From the NCBI GenBank assembly GCA_011526375.1, contig WTIT01000151.1, forward strand, positions 42,130 through 106,129: a stretch of DNA of 64,000 nucleotides, in the 5' to 3' direction. A program made the translations under genes and the position numbers. The notes beneath the pieces are model-generated. The model saw only the letters and a list, made by a program, of their open reading frames with translations, searched no databases and was not told the DNA's origin. The first letter of the stretch is position 1. Every line of letters begins with the position of its first letter. Positions 8,264-18,009 of the stretch are shown one piece after another. This stretch comes from Methanobacteriota archaeon. Lineage in GTDB: Archaea > Thermoplasmatota > Poseidoniia > Poseidoniales > Poseidoniaceae.

Positions 8264-9517
8264 TCAACTTTTGGGAATTGAAATCTGGTCTGAGTCTTCT
8301 GCGAAGGAGGTTTTTCCCCCGCCTTTCCTTATCAAATTCCACTGCTCTTTTACGGCCATCGCTTCCTTGGATGGCTCCCAGTCATCTCTTTTCAAGGCCT
8401 TCCTAAATGGCATTCTCCGTACTCCTCGGCCCATAGAATTCTCATCTTTTTTGAGCATGAAAGGATTGACTATTTTGTAGATAAAATTTTTGAAAAATGT
8501 TGGTCTGAATAATTTTCCAATCCATATAAGACCATCGCCACGCTTGCTTTGGTCTTTCATCCAACGATTACACATCATCTTGAATGACCTATCTCCGACA
8601 CGGTTCATCAACCAACGATTGGCAACGCTAGTTTTGACATACGGCAATAATTGTTTCCTGACTTCTGTTTCGTAGTTTGATTCACCAAGGATATCCTTAG
8701 CTGCTAGAACCCCAGACCACACGGCCATCCTCATTCCAAAGCCCCACATGAAATCCTGCAGACCGCCCGATTCACCGACGTAATATCTCCCATCCTGAAA
8801 GTAATTTTTGTTAATTGTAAAATCTCCTTTACCGCCAACCCGCTTGATCGGTTTTCGCTTCAACTCCGGATAGTGCTTGTCATACCAAGCAATTGTCTCG
8901 TTGAGAAATCTGTCTGATTTCTTTTGTTTGCGCCAAAGACAAGTACAAATCAAGCCAACTCCGTCGATAATGATCAGGTATGAGTATGCACCTGGTGCCA
9001 ATTTATCGTTTAATTGAAATGCGATATGATTAGGGTGTTCAGTATGAAAAATCTCACCATATGCGACAGCCGATGTACCTTTTGGACCACAGGCAATAAT
9101 TTGACAATCTTCTTCTTTTACTTTTGATTTGTAATGAATCTTAGCGCCTGCAGCTAAAGCCTGGCGCTTTATTCCTTGATCGATGGTATGACTTGAAGTG
9201 CCGCGCTCAACTATACGATAGGCAACTTTGGGGCTTTTCGCTTGAGTAATAGTATCATCTGGATGAATTAAATCAACTACTTTGAACTCAGTAGCCTTGA
9301 ACTCACTGGTATCAAAACCCCATGATTTTAGTTGGTCAAAAAAATCATTGTCCATACTCCAATTTTCTAACGCTTGAAAATCCCCATCAAACCTAGCGCC
9401 TGATTCTTCTCTGATATCATGAACATGGACTTCAACGCCGGCTTTTGCTAGAATTGTTGCGGCTGCTAAACCCGACAAGCCAGCACCCATGATATTGACT
9501 GGGGTTGCCTCCGCCAT
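8264..9517 (-). CDS. FAD-dependent oxidoreductase, geranylgeranyl-reductase-like
   Basis: IMGAGLSGLAAA Rossmann motif; APGAYSYL; VGESGGLQDFMWGFGMRMA..SG. Start moved to ATG 9517 to avoid overlap with moaE. Confidence 0.85.
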   Translation of the reverse strand: MAEATPVNIMGAGLSGLAAATILAKAGVEVHVHDIREESGARFDGDFQALENWSMDNDFFDQLKSWGFDTSEFKATEFKVVDLIHPDDTITQAKSPKVAYRIVERGTSSHTIDQGIKRQALAAGAKIHYKSKVKEEDCQIIACGPKGTSAVAYGEIFHTEHPNHIAFQLNDKLAPGAYSYLIIIDGVGLICTCLWRKQKKSDRFLNETIAWYDKHYPELKRKPIKRVGGKGDFTINKNYFQDGRYYVGESGGLQDFMWGFGMRMAVWSGVLAAKDILGESNYETEVRKQLLPYVKTSVANRWLMNRVGDRSFKMMCNRWMKDQSKRGDGLIWIGKLFRPTFFKNFIYKIVNPFMLKKDENSMGRGVRRMPFRKALKRDDWEPSKEAMAVKEQWNLIRKGGGKTSFAEDSDQISIPKS

Positions 9518-9569
9518 GTATACCGCAACGAGGCGTGAGGTTTGAATTATGCGTTTCCTTCGCCTGTGC

Positions 9570-9995
9570 ATGGACGGGGATGTAATTATCATCGAATCCC
9601 CGGAAAATTTAGACCATCAGGCATTATTAGATTCGCTGAACTTAGAAGGCTGCGGAGCCGTGGTTTCATTTTTAGGTATCACTAGAGGACTAGACAATGG
9701 CAAAGAAATCTATCGTTTAGAATTTGATGCTTGGCAGGATAAGTTAGGACAAGTATTAGACAATTTAGCCAATAAAGCAATTTCTCGTTTTGGGGTTAGA
9801 AAAATTGCCATGTCTCATCGAACAGGTAGTGTTGAAGCTGGAGAGAATATTGTGTCAATTCACGTTGCAAGCCCCCACAGAAAGGAAGCATTCCGCGCTT
9901 GTGAATGGCTAATTGACGAATTGAAAGTGCAGGCACCTATATGGAAAAAAGAAGTCTCTGAAACTGGTGAATCTTGGAAGGCTGGATTGGGTTGA
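9570..9995 (+). CDS. moaE: Molybdopterin synthase catalytic subunit
   Basis: GAVVSFLGITR, HRTG.VEAGE, SPHRKEAF, IDELK..APIWKKE. Confidence 0.93.
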   Translation: MDGDVIIIESPENLDHQALLDSLNLEGCGAVVSFLGITRGLDNGKEIYRLEFDAWQDKLGQVLDNLANKAISRFGVRKIAMSHRTGSVEAGENIVSIHVASPHRKEAFRACEWLIDELKVQAPIWKKEVSETGESWKAGLG

Positions 9996-9999
9996 TATT

Positions 10000-10449
10000 A
10001 TGAAAAAAGAAATTGAAGGAATTGTAGACATTAGTGACAAGAAACTAGTCAAGAGAATTGCTACCGCTACGGGACAACTCGAATTGTCGCAACAATCTAT
10101 CGATGCTATCAAAGCAAATCAAGTGAAAAAGGGTAATGTCATCGAAGCATCGACCATCGCAGCAATTCAAGCGGTGAAAGAAACTCCGCGCATCATACCA
10201 CACTGCCACCCGATTCCTCTCGAAGGATGTGATGTCGAATGGGAAATTTCTGGTACAACTCTACACTGTACCGTTACTGTCACTGCAAATTACAAGACAG
10301 GTATCGAAATGGAGGCCATTACTGGAGTATGTGCTGGCCTTCTGTGCGCCCTTGACATGGTTAAGTCCTACGAAAAAGACCAACATGGTCAATATCCAAA
10401 TAGCGAAATTAGCCAGGTAAAAATAATCTCAAAGTACAAATCTGAGTAA
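10000..10449 (+). CDS. moaC: Cyclic pyranopterin monophosphate synthase
   Basis: VDISDK..VKR.ATA.G, KKGNV, IIPHCHPIPL, TGIEMEA, DMVKS. Confidence 0.93.
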   Translation: MKKEIEGIVDISDKKLVKRIATATGQLELSQQSIDAIKANQVKKGNVIEASTIAAIQAVKETPRIIPHCHPIPLEGCDVEWEISGTTLHCTVTVTANYKTGIEMEAITGVCAGLLCALDMVKSYEKDQHGQYPNSEISQVKIISKYKSE

Positions 10450-10497
10450 TCGTTCCAAACCGCATTATTCATTGATTAGAGTCTGCCAACTAGACCC

Positions 10498-11454
10498 ATG
10501 GGCAGAGTCTCACAACTAGCAAATCACTTCTTGGATGCCGTCGATATGGCGGCAATTGCCAGCGCTAACTGGCGCGGTAAGGGAGACAAAATGGCTGCTG
10601 ATGCTGCAGCAGTAGAAGCGATGAGACTTACCTTCGATAATGTACCATTCGATGGTAGAGTCGCTATCGGTGAAGGAGAAAGAGATGAAGCCCCTATGTT
10701 GTACATTGGTGAGCAATTAGGCTGTGAAATCGGCAATCCAAACGTTCCGGCTATCGATATAGCAGTAGATCCCTTAGAATGTACCAACAATTGCGCGGAT
10801 GATTTACCTAATTCGATTGCAGTACTTGCAGCAGCACCTCGGGGCACCCTATTACATGCACCAGATTGTTACATGGACAAAATTGCAGCAGGCCCTGAGA
10901 TGGAAGGACATATCAGTTTAGATGGAGGAGTTGCTTACAACGTCGAACAGGTTGCATCTGTCCTTGACAAGCCTATTGAAGAGGTTCGAATAATTGCCTT
11001 GGACAGACCACGCCATCATGAATTATTCAAGGAAATCAAACAAATGGGGTCTCAGTTACACCTACTAGGCGATGGGGATATTTCAGCGGCTCTGTGGGCT
11101 GCACGCCCAGATGGTGACCATGACATGTTACTGGGAATAGGAGCTGCTCCAGAGGGAGTAATCACGGCAACCGCAATTCGTGGCATCGGTGGAGTTTTCG
11201 AGGGTAGGCTGGTATTCCGTTCTGACGAGGAAGAGGCACGTGCCGGAAATATGATCGATGACGACCTGACACGCTTGTGGGATGCTAAGGACTTATGCCA
11301 ATCTGAAGATGCGATATTTGTTGCATCCGGTGTTTGCGACGGTTATCTACCTGGAGTCGTGCACAATAATGACGGTTCAATAGCAACATATGCGGAAATG
11401 ATCGATGTTGAAAAACGAGAATTAACCAGGCACGATCGAGTACATAGATTGTGA
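10498..11454 (+). CDS. glpX: Class II fructose-1,6-bisphosphatase
   Basis: GDKMAADAAAV, IGEGERDEAPMLYIGE, DIAVDPLE.T, PDCYMDKI, DRPRH, DGDI, G.G.APEGVI.A.A. Confidence 0.93.
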   Translation: MGRVSQLANHFLDAVDMAAIASANWRGKGDKMAADAAAVEAMRLTFDNVPFDGRVAIGEGERDEAPMLYIGEQLGCEIGNPNVPAIDIAVDPLECTNNCADDLPNSIAVLAAAPRGTLLHAPDCYMDKIAAGPEMEGHISLDGGVAYNVEQVASVLDKPIEEVRIIALDRPRHHELFKEIKQMGSQLHLLGDGDISAALWAARPDGDHDMLLGIGAAPEGVITATAIRGIGGVFEGRLVFRSDEEEARAGNMIDDDLTRLWDAKDLCQSEDAIFVASGVCDGYLPGVVHNNDGSIATYAEMIDVEKRELTRHDRVHRL

Positions 11455-11458
11455 TTAT

Positions 11459-12079
11459 ATGTCCCAAATTGTTAGAATTGAAGTGTGCTTACCTGAGGGG
11501 CACTGGGCAGGGGAAGCAACAAGAGCTCATTCTAATGCCGTGTTACAGATAATTGAGACAATGCCGCTTGGCAAAGGGAGAGGAACCGCACAAATTGCTT
11601 CAGAACAGAATTTACTTGATGATTTGCCTAATTTGCGCGGCATTGAACGGGTAGATAATCTGGGCAGTGGCAAAGCCAGTGTCACAATCGCCAGCGGGGG
11701 TGGCGGTTTCATCAAACCGTTGAGGACTGTTGGCGTCGTACCAAGAACCCCGTTTGATGTAATTGATGGTTGGGCAGATTGGACCATACAGTGTTCCTCT
11801 GAACAAGCCAAGAATCTAATCCAAGAAATACAGCAAAATGGCATACAAATGCGCTTAAAATCAACTCGTTCTAGCGAGCAAAAACTACTCACCAAAAGAC
11901 AAACAGAGGTTTTCGAATTAGCACTGCGAAGAGGATATTGGAAATCACCAAGAGAGACCACGCTAACCGAGTTATCTTTGGAATTAAAAGTCGCAAAGTC
12001 AACTCTTTCCGTAATGTTACATTCAATAGAAGGAAAAATTATCGAGAAGTATTCGCAAGAAATTTTCGCCCAATACTAA
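11459..12079 (+). CDS. Bacterio-opsin-activator-type (HTH_10) transcriptional regulator
   Basis: C-terminal LTKRQTEVFELALRRGYW..PRETTLTELS.ELKVAKSTLS..L..IE.K. Confidence 0.9.
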   Translation: MSQIVRIEVCLPEGHWAGEATRAHSNAVLQIIETMPLGKGRGTAQIASEQNLLDDLPNLRGIERVDNLGSGKASVTIASGGGGFIKPLRTVGVVPRTPFDVIDGWADWTIQCSSEQAKNLIQEIQQNGIQMRLKSTRSSEQKLLTKRQTEVFELALRRGYWKSPRETTLTELSLELKVAKSTLSVMLHSIEGKIIEKYSQEIFAQY

Positions 12080-12123
12080 CATGTTCGCAAAGACAATAAG
12101 GAAGACCCCTGCTTCGGGTTAAC

Positions 12124-13284
12124 ATGGACAATTTACCGAACACTTGGGAAGAATGGATTTCAAACTTTGGCGAATGGCAAAAGAGGGTTGGCTTTGACCC
12201 ATCTTGGCTAGGAGATTTCGAACTATCAGTATTATTTGACTGGGAAAGAGCTGGAGATGTCATTGAATTTGGCGATTATGAAGGCAGAGCAAAATGGGAA
12301 AGAGCACTTCAAGTACCTCATCAAAGCATGAGAGATGCACTAATCACCATGATCACCGTTCAAGGTGATACCGAATTCGCCTCCGTTGAACAGCAAAGAC
12401 ACCTATTGGCTTCTGCACCTACTGATTACGACCGATATGCAGCTGCCAGAATTATGGCTGAAGAGCAACGTCACGGTTGGCAAATGGCTTACCTCTTGAT
12501 GACTTACTTCGGACAACAGGGAAGAAGAGAGGCGCAAAAGTTGCTGGAAAGAAACGCCCAGGATGGCGACAGACTGTTGGGCGCATTTAATCGCCCAATG
12601 CCTCACTGGTTGGACTTTTTCTGCTACACAATGTTTGTTGACAGAGACGGTAAATTCCAGTTAGGTATGCTTTCCACTTCTGCATTCAAGCCACTAGCCG
12701 CCTCAATGGGGCCAATGCTCAAAGAAGAGTCATTCCACCTTGGAACTGGGTCAAATGGACTAAGAAGAATCATCAAAGCAGGCGTTATACCGTTAGACAT
12801 GCTTCAAAGATACATCAACAAGTGGGTTTCAACAGCACACGATTTGTTCGGAGTTGATGCCTCATCATCTGCTCATTGGGCGTATGTTTGGGGAATCAAA
12901 GGGCGCTGGGACGAGAGAAAGAAACTCGACGCAGGCATCGAAGTCAACAAAGAAGTACTCAATGAAGAATCAAGGGGACACTACCATGAAGAAATCGTTG
13001 GTGAAGTCAAGAAACTGTGCGGCTACCTTCCTGAAGGTGCAGCTGAATTGTATGTGCCTCACGAAAATTTCAATCGTGACATTGGTGCAACCAAAGGACA
13101 GAATTTCAATGTTGACGGTACTCCTTTCAAGGGAACCGATGAAGAATATGCCACTTACCTAACAACCGTTTTGCCAACTGCACAAGATGAAGTTGACTTG
13201 AAGGAACTGTTCGAACAAGAATGGATTGCTAACAAGCCAATGTCGACCAGACAAATTGAGTCTGGTATTGGCGCAACAGCATAA
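12124..13284 (+). CDS. boxB: Benzoyl-CoA 2,3-epoxidase BoxB-like di-iron protein (PaaA/BoxB family)
   Basis: QGDTEFASVEQQRHL, EEQRH...MAYLL..YFG..GR.EA..LLER, LGAFN...W..FF..T.F.DRDGKFQL, ML.EESFH: the BoxB signature with di-iron E/ExxH/D/ExxH ligands. Confidence 0.85.
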   Translation: MDNLPNTWEEWISNFGEWQKRVGFDPSWLGDFELSVLFDWERAGDVIEFGDYEGRAKWERALQVPHQSMRDALITMITVQGDTEFASVEQQRHLLASAPTDYDRYAAARIMAEEQRHGWQMAYLLMTYFGQQGRREAQKLLERNAQDGDRLLGAFNRPMPHWLDFFCYTMFVDRDGKFQLGMLSTSAFKPLAASMGPMLKEESFHLGTGSNGLRRIIKAGVIPLDMLQRYINKWVSTAHDLFGVDASSSAHWAYVWGIKGRWDERKKLDAGIEVNKEVLNEESRGHYHEEIVGEVKKLCGYLPEGAAELYVPHENFNRDIGATKGQNFNVDGTPFKGTDEEYATYLTTVLPTAQDEVDLKELFEQEWIANKPMSTRQIESGIGATA

Positions 13285-13297
13285 GGAAGGGTTCGTA

Positions 13298-13834
13298 ATG
13301 ATCCCAGTTTCCCTCTACGGCGTAGATGTCGATAGATGCGAAGAATTCTATGCAAAACTGCCAGGCTTGGTCGCTGATAGCATAGACGATGAAGAGTATT
13401 CAAAGGCCCTATTTGCTATCCAAGACAAGGCATCCATGGAACATGTCAGAGTTGCGGAGAATTGGTCTAAGCGACAACCATTTGCGTTTCCTGAAGAAGT
13501 TGCCAATGAAATTGAAATGATTATACGTACTGTTTCGTACCCAGATGTTGCTTTGCTCGAGCATCTTCTAACAATTGATGGAATAAACACTGAAAGAATC
13601 TCTGAATGGATGCATTTTTCGACCAACCTCTATCCAATTTACAGCGAGAAAGCATGTGATGCCTTGAACGAAATGGGCCTTGAAACCCCTTTCAAACTCG
13701 ACGATATGGCAAGTTATGGGTTGTATGTTTCCCGTATTGAAGGGCTCAAAATGTATGCTCCTGCCAAAGGTCTTCCAGAAATTGGACTTCCCCGATCTAG
13801 AATGCTCCAACTTGGTTTGGAGCGATTCGAATGA
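13298..13834 (+). CDS. Hypothetical protein
   Basis: ATG 13 nt after the boxB stop, preceded by AAGGAAGG; possible HhH-like segment LLTIDGINTERIS..MHF...YPIY. Confidence 0.75.
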   Translation: MIPVSLYGVDVDRCEEFYAKLPGLVADSIDDEEYSKALFAIQDKASMEHVRVAENWSKRQPFAFPEEVANEIEMIIRTVSYPDVALLEHLLTIDGINTERISEWMHFSTNLYPIYSEKACDALNEMGLETPFKLDDMASYGLYVSRIEGLKMYAPAKGLPEIGLPRSRMLQLGLERFE

Positions 13835-14775
13835 ACAATGTTGTAGTCCACTTCAAATTATTTCTAGTTGCAGTAATTTGGGGACTTGGCTGGCCTGCTG
13901 GCAGAGTTGTGGCCACCGATATCCTACCATTTATGGCGTCATGGCTTAGGTATGTAATCGCCACGGTAAGTTTCCTATTATTTTTGAAACTGTCAAAACA
14001 ATGGATGATTCCAACCAAATCTGAATGGTCAAGAATTTTCCTGATTGGATTCTTCTCAACCTGCGTATATCAGGCTTTTTTTATGTTTGGAATGCAATAT
14101 ACTGCCGCAGGAGACGCTTCATTGATGATAACCTTCAACCCGTTATTCACCGCTATTTTAGCAGTTATTTTTCTCAGTGAAAAAATGCATCTAAACCTCA
14201 TCATTGGTTTAATGATGGGCATGACAGGAGTTGGGATATTGTTCTATTATTCACCGAATGTCGACATACCAATAGCCGATCGCATTCTTGGAAATATCTT
14301 GATTGCTGGTGCAGCACTAGCATGGGCATGTAATACGATATTTATGAAACAAGCCATGACAACGAAAACAAGTGATTCTGCAAAACCCCTCAATCCACTT
14401 GAATTGACGGTGTGGTCATCTGCTGCTGGCCTAATCATTCTCACTCCAATCACCGCATTAGAAGCAGCTACTCAGGGAGTTGTATTGCCAACTATTGATG
14501 GATGGATTGGAATTATCTTCCTAGCATTGTTTTCTACGGTGATTGCCTATGTTTGGTTTGCCGACGGCATTATCAAGATTGGTGCCTCAATGAGTGCTTT
14601 GTATGTCTACTTAGTACCTCCATTTGGTATATTGGGTGGCTATCTACTGCTGCAAGAAAAGCTCGGAGTTTCATTGATTGTTGCGTTCTTACTAATCACT
14701 GGAGGGGTAATCATTGCTCAAAGAAAGAACTCGCTGACAAGCAACCATCATGAAGCATCATCTACTGGAGTGTAA
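13831..14775 (+). CDS. DMT/EamA family transporter
   Basis: About 10 TM helices; IWGL.W, YTAAGDASL...NPLFTAILA..FL.EK, YLVP.FG...G..LL.EK repeats. Confidence 0.92.
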   Translation: MNNVVVHFKLFLVAVIWGLGWPAGRVVATDILPFMASWLRYVIATVSFLLFLKLSKQWMIPTKSEWSRIFLIGFFSTCVYQAFFMFGMQYTAAGDASLMITFNPLFTAILAVIFLSEKMHLNLIIGLMMGMTGVGILFYYSPNVDIPIADRILGNILIAGAALAWACNTIFMKQAMTTKTSDSAKPLNPLELTVWSSAAGLIILTPITALEAATQGVVLPTIDGWIGIIFLALFSTVIAYVWFADGIIKIGASMSALYVYLVPPFGILGGYLLLQEKLGVSLIVAFLLITGGVIIAQRKNSLTSNHHEASSTGV

Positions 14776-14776
14776 T

Positions 14777-15667
14777 ATGGGCATCGACAAAGTAGCAGTT
14801 ATCGGAGCAGGTACGATGGGGGCGGGAATTGCCCAAGTTTGTGCACAAGCAGGGTGGAATACAACCCTGTACGATGCTTTTCCAGAAGGTCTAGAAAAAG
14901 GAATGCAAAGAGTAGATGCTTTTTGGGACAAGGGTATTGCAAGAGGAAAAACAACTGTAGAGCAAAAACAAGAATGGTCGAAGAACCTTCATGCTGAATC
15001 AAACCTAGAAAATGCGGTCAAAGATTGTGACCTGATAATCGAAGCTGTCCCTGAAATCCTTGAGCTAAAGCAGCAAATATTCCAAGAAGTTGAGCAATAT
15101 GCAAACCAAAATGCCGTTTTTGCAACCAATACATCTAGCCTATCAATTGGTAAAATTGCTGGAGCGATTAATCGACCAGAACGATTAATCGGAATGCATT
15201 TCTTTAACCCTGTACCAATAATGAAATTGCTTGAATTAGTAAGGCATGACAAGACTAGCAACGAAACCGTAAATGTTGCTGAAGAAGCCGGTTTAGTCAT
15301 GCAAAAAACCACCATATTAGTCAATGATGTCCCGGGTTTTGCAACCTCTAGACTTGGTGTTGTGCTCGGTAATGAAGCGATTAGAATGTTGGCTGATGGT
15401 GTTGCAAGTGCGAAGGATATCGATACTGCAATGGTTCTTGGATACAAACATCCAATGGGACCATTGGCCCTAACCGATTTAGTTGGTCTCGATGTTCGTA
15501 GAGACATTTTGAGAAATTTACAAGATTCCTTTGACGATGATGCTTATGCACCACACCCGCTATTGGAAAAATTAGTCGAAAAAAATCGGCTTGGAAAAAA
15601 GACCGGCATGGGAATCTATGACTGGTCAAGCGGCCAAGCAGAGGAAACTGAAATGCCGGATTTTTAG
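14777..15667 (+). CDS. 3-hydroxyacyl-CoA dehydrogenase (PaaH/Hbd-like)
   Basis: VIGAGTMGAGIAQ, IEAVPE, ATNTSSL, GMHFFNPVP.MKL.E, PMGPL.L.D.VGLDV, LGKKTG.GIY. Confidence 0.95.
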   Translation: MGIDKVAVIGAGTMGAGIAQVCAQAGWNTTLYDAFPEGLEKGMQRVDAFWDKGIARGKTTVEQKQEWSKNLHAESNLENAVKDCDLIIEAVPEILELKQQIFQEVEQYANQNAVFATNTSSLSIGKIAGAINRPERLIGMHFFNPVPIMKLLELVRHDKTSNETVNVAEEAGLVMQKTTILVNDVPGFATSRLGVVLGNEAIRMLADGVASAKDIDTAMVLGYKHPMGPLALTDLVGLDVRRDILRNLQDSFDDDAYAPHPLLEKLVEKNRLGKKTGMGIYDWSSGQAEETEMPDF

Positions 15668-16446
15668 TCAAAATTGGGCTGTCGCTTTTCCAAAAAAGCG
15701 GCAACTCCCTCTTTGAAGGCATCAGTAGTTCCCGCTGCCTCAATCAATGTCCTCTCATGTTTCAAATGTGTTTCAAAGTCTTGATTCGTTTGCACGTCAA
15801 GCAGATGTTTCGTCGCTTCCTTAGTATGTGGGCCCCAAGAACTCCAAAGTTTAGCGACTTCTTTTGCTCTGTCAATTAACTCTGAATCCTCAACCAACTC
15901 ATCAATAACGCCATAGTTTAGGGATTCTTCCGCATTCCAGATACTATTTTCAAAGAAGAATCTCCTGCTAACCTGATTACCTACTAATCTAGGCAGTAAC
16001 CAGGTGGTGCCTCCATCTGGGGACAATCCCATACCAGAATATGATGCTGCCACTTTCGCACCAGATGAGCCAATCCTAACATCACAGGCAAGTGCAAGTC
16101 CCAAACCCCCACCGGCACATGCACCATTTATTGCTGCGACACAAATAGTTGGAGACTGGCGCATTTTGACGATTAATGGATGCAAAACCCCAGTCAAATC
16201 TCTGATTAATTTTGGAGCATCATCATTTTTGATAGATTCAGCAAAGGCATTGATATCCGCACCTGCAGAGAAAAATTTTCCTTCCCCAGTAATAACCACA
16301 GCCTTGACAGATGGATTCGAGAGAGTAGATTGTATCGCTTCAGCGATCTTTGGCAAAAATTCCATTGAAAATGATTGTGTGGCGGACTTACCAGCCATGG
16401 TTACCAAGGCTATTCCTTCTCCCAAATCTTCGATTGTTACTGCCAT
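15664..16446 (-). CDS. Enoyl-CoA hydratase/isomerase, PaaG-like
   Basis: FFSAGADI, AINGACAGGGLGLALACD, GLSPDGGTTWLLPRLVG (PaaG-type single Asp), EGVAAFLEKR.P.F. Confidence 0.9.
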   Translation of the reverse strand: MAVTIEDLGEGIALVTMAGKSATQSFSMEFLPKIAEAIQSTLSNPSVKAVVITGEGKFFSAGADINAFAESIKNDDAPKLIRDLTGVLHPLIVKMRQSPTICVAAINGACAGGGLGLALACDVRIGSSGAKVAASYSGMGLSPDGGTTWLLPRLVGNQVSRRFFFENSIWNAEESLNYGVIDELVEDSELIDRAKEVAKLWSSWGPHTKEATKHLLDVQTNQDFETHLKHERTLIEAAGTTDAFKEGVAAFLEKRQPNFD

Positions 16447-16455
16447 ATATAGCCC

Positions 16456-17892
16456 TCAAAGTTTGACATTAACGTTCTTGACTTTAGTATAGAAATTCAA
16501 TGCATCTTTGCTTTGCTCGATACCGATTCCAGATTGTTTCCAACCGGTGAATGCGGTCTGTGGGAAGGTTATCGGATATTCATTGATTGAAACCATACCA
16601 GACTCAAGGTCTCTGGCTAGATTGTGAGCTCTACTGAGATTATTGGTCCAAATACCGTTGAGTAATCCGAAATCGGAATGGTTTGCCAAAGCAAGCGCTT
16701 CCTCATCAGTAGCAAATTTCGTGACTGACAACACTGGTCCAAACAACTCATCATAAAACAGTGGATTATCTTGGTCTACATCAGTTACTACGGTTGCTTC
16801 CATGAACGCTCCATCGCCTGACACAGCTTTGCCGCCACAGACAATTTGTCCTCCATGCTCTAGACCATTGGCTAGTTTTTCCAGTACTTCACTTCGATGT
16901 GTTTCGTGTACTAGACTACCTATCCTTACACCCTCAGACATACCGGGGCCCACTTTCCACTTGCCAACTTCTGCAACTACTGCGTCAACCAACTCATCGT
17001 GAATATCCTCATGAACAATCAGTCTAGAACCAGCCCAACACATTTGACCTGCATTCATAAATATTCCAAAGCAGATTGCTTTCGCGGCGTACTTTAGGTT
17101 TGCATCTGGGAATACAATATTGGCTCCTTTACCGCCAAGTTCCAAGGTTACCGGTGTAAGATTGTCGCTAGCCTTTGCCATCACTGTCTTGCCGGTTGGA
17201 ACTCCTCCGGTAAGTACGATGCCGTCCACTCCTTTGTGTCCGGCAAGTGCATCACCAATCAAACCACCGGATCCAGTTATTACCTGTAAAACTCCAGAAG
17301 GAAGGCCTACTTCGGCCTCATCAATTTTCTTCATCCATGCAATCAGAGACAATGGCGTCCACGATGCAGGTTTAGCAATGACTGTACAACCTGCAGCAAG
17401 GGCAGGAGCAATTGAGCGAAGTGCAAGTTGGAGCGGAAAATTCCACGGCACAATATGAGCTGTAACCCCTAGTGGCTGGCGTAATGTGTAGTTTAGTCTA
17501 TTACCCGGTACTGGGATTGTGCTTCCTTCTATTTTATCGGTCAATCCTGCAAAATACTCCAAGGTCCAAGCTCCATAGCGAATTTCAGATAATGCTTCGC
17601 GGAAGGTTTTCCCATTATTTTCGGATTCAATCTTTGCTAATTCTTTTGCCGCACCGTAGGTAACTGCAGCCATTTTATTCAATATTCGTCCGCGCTGAGC
17701 AGGGTCCATATTCTTCCACTCAGAATTTTGTAAAGCTGCTCTTGAGGCCTCAACACTTCGATTAACATCGTTTACAGTCGCCTTTGGAACAGTAGCAATA
17801 GAGTCTCCAGTCGCTGGATTAATCGCTTGACTAACATCTCCATTCTCAGAGTCTGTCCATTCGCCCGCAATATACATCTTTTCTGCGCTCAT
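16456..17892 (-). CDS. Aldehyde dehydrogenase
   Basis: IVPWNFP, KPA, LELGGK, NAGQMC (catalytic Cys), ELFGPV. Confidence 0.95.
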   Translation of the reverse strand: MSAEKMYIAGEWTDSENGDVSQAINPATGDSIATVPKATVNDVNRSVEASRAALQNSEWKNMDPAQRGRILNKMAAVTYGAAKELAKIESENNGKTFREALSEIRYGAWTLEYFAGLTDKIEGSTIPVPGNRLNYTLRQPLGVTAHIVPWNFPLQLALRSIAPALAAGCTVIAKPASWTPLSLIAWMKKIDEAEVGLPSGVLQVITGSGGLIGDALAGHKGVDGIVLTGGVPTGKTVMAKASDNLTPVTLELGGKGANIVFPDANLKYAAKAICFGIFMNAGQMCWAGSRLIVHEDIHDELVDAVVAEVGKWKVGPGMSEGVRIGSLVHETHRSEVLEKLANGLEHGGQIVCGGKAVSGDGAFMEATVVTDVDQDNPLFYDELFGPVLSVTKFATDEEALALANHSDFGLLNGIWTNNLSRAHNLARDLESGMVSINEYPITFPQTAFTGWKQSGIGIEQSKDALNFYTKVKNVNVKL

Positions 17893-18009
17893 AATACTCC
17901 GAATATGTTTCTCTTGAAAGGTGTTCGCTCACAATCTTTCACAATCAATTGCTCAAATTTCCTGTTTCAACTATGATAACTATAATTGACAGAGTATCAT
18001 ACATCTGCC

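Noticed and set aside
11527-17458. Long antisense ORFs (e.g. 11527-11961, 14989-15507, 16004-16492, 17120-17458; similarly 34964-35446, 37525-38133, 60006-60563)
   Set aside because: Shadow frames opposite well-supported genes, with no motifs.
17928-17946. TCACAATC direct repeat between ALDH and the kinase gene, and TGTTCGC shared with the boxB upstream region
   Set aside because: Too short to separate from chance without orthologous sequences.
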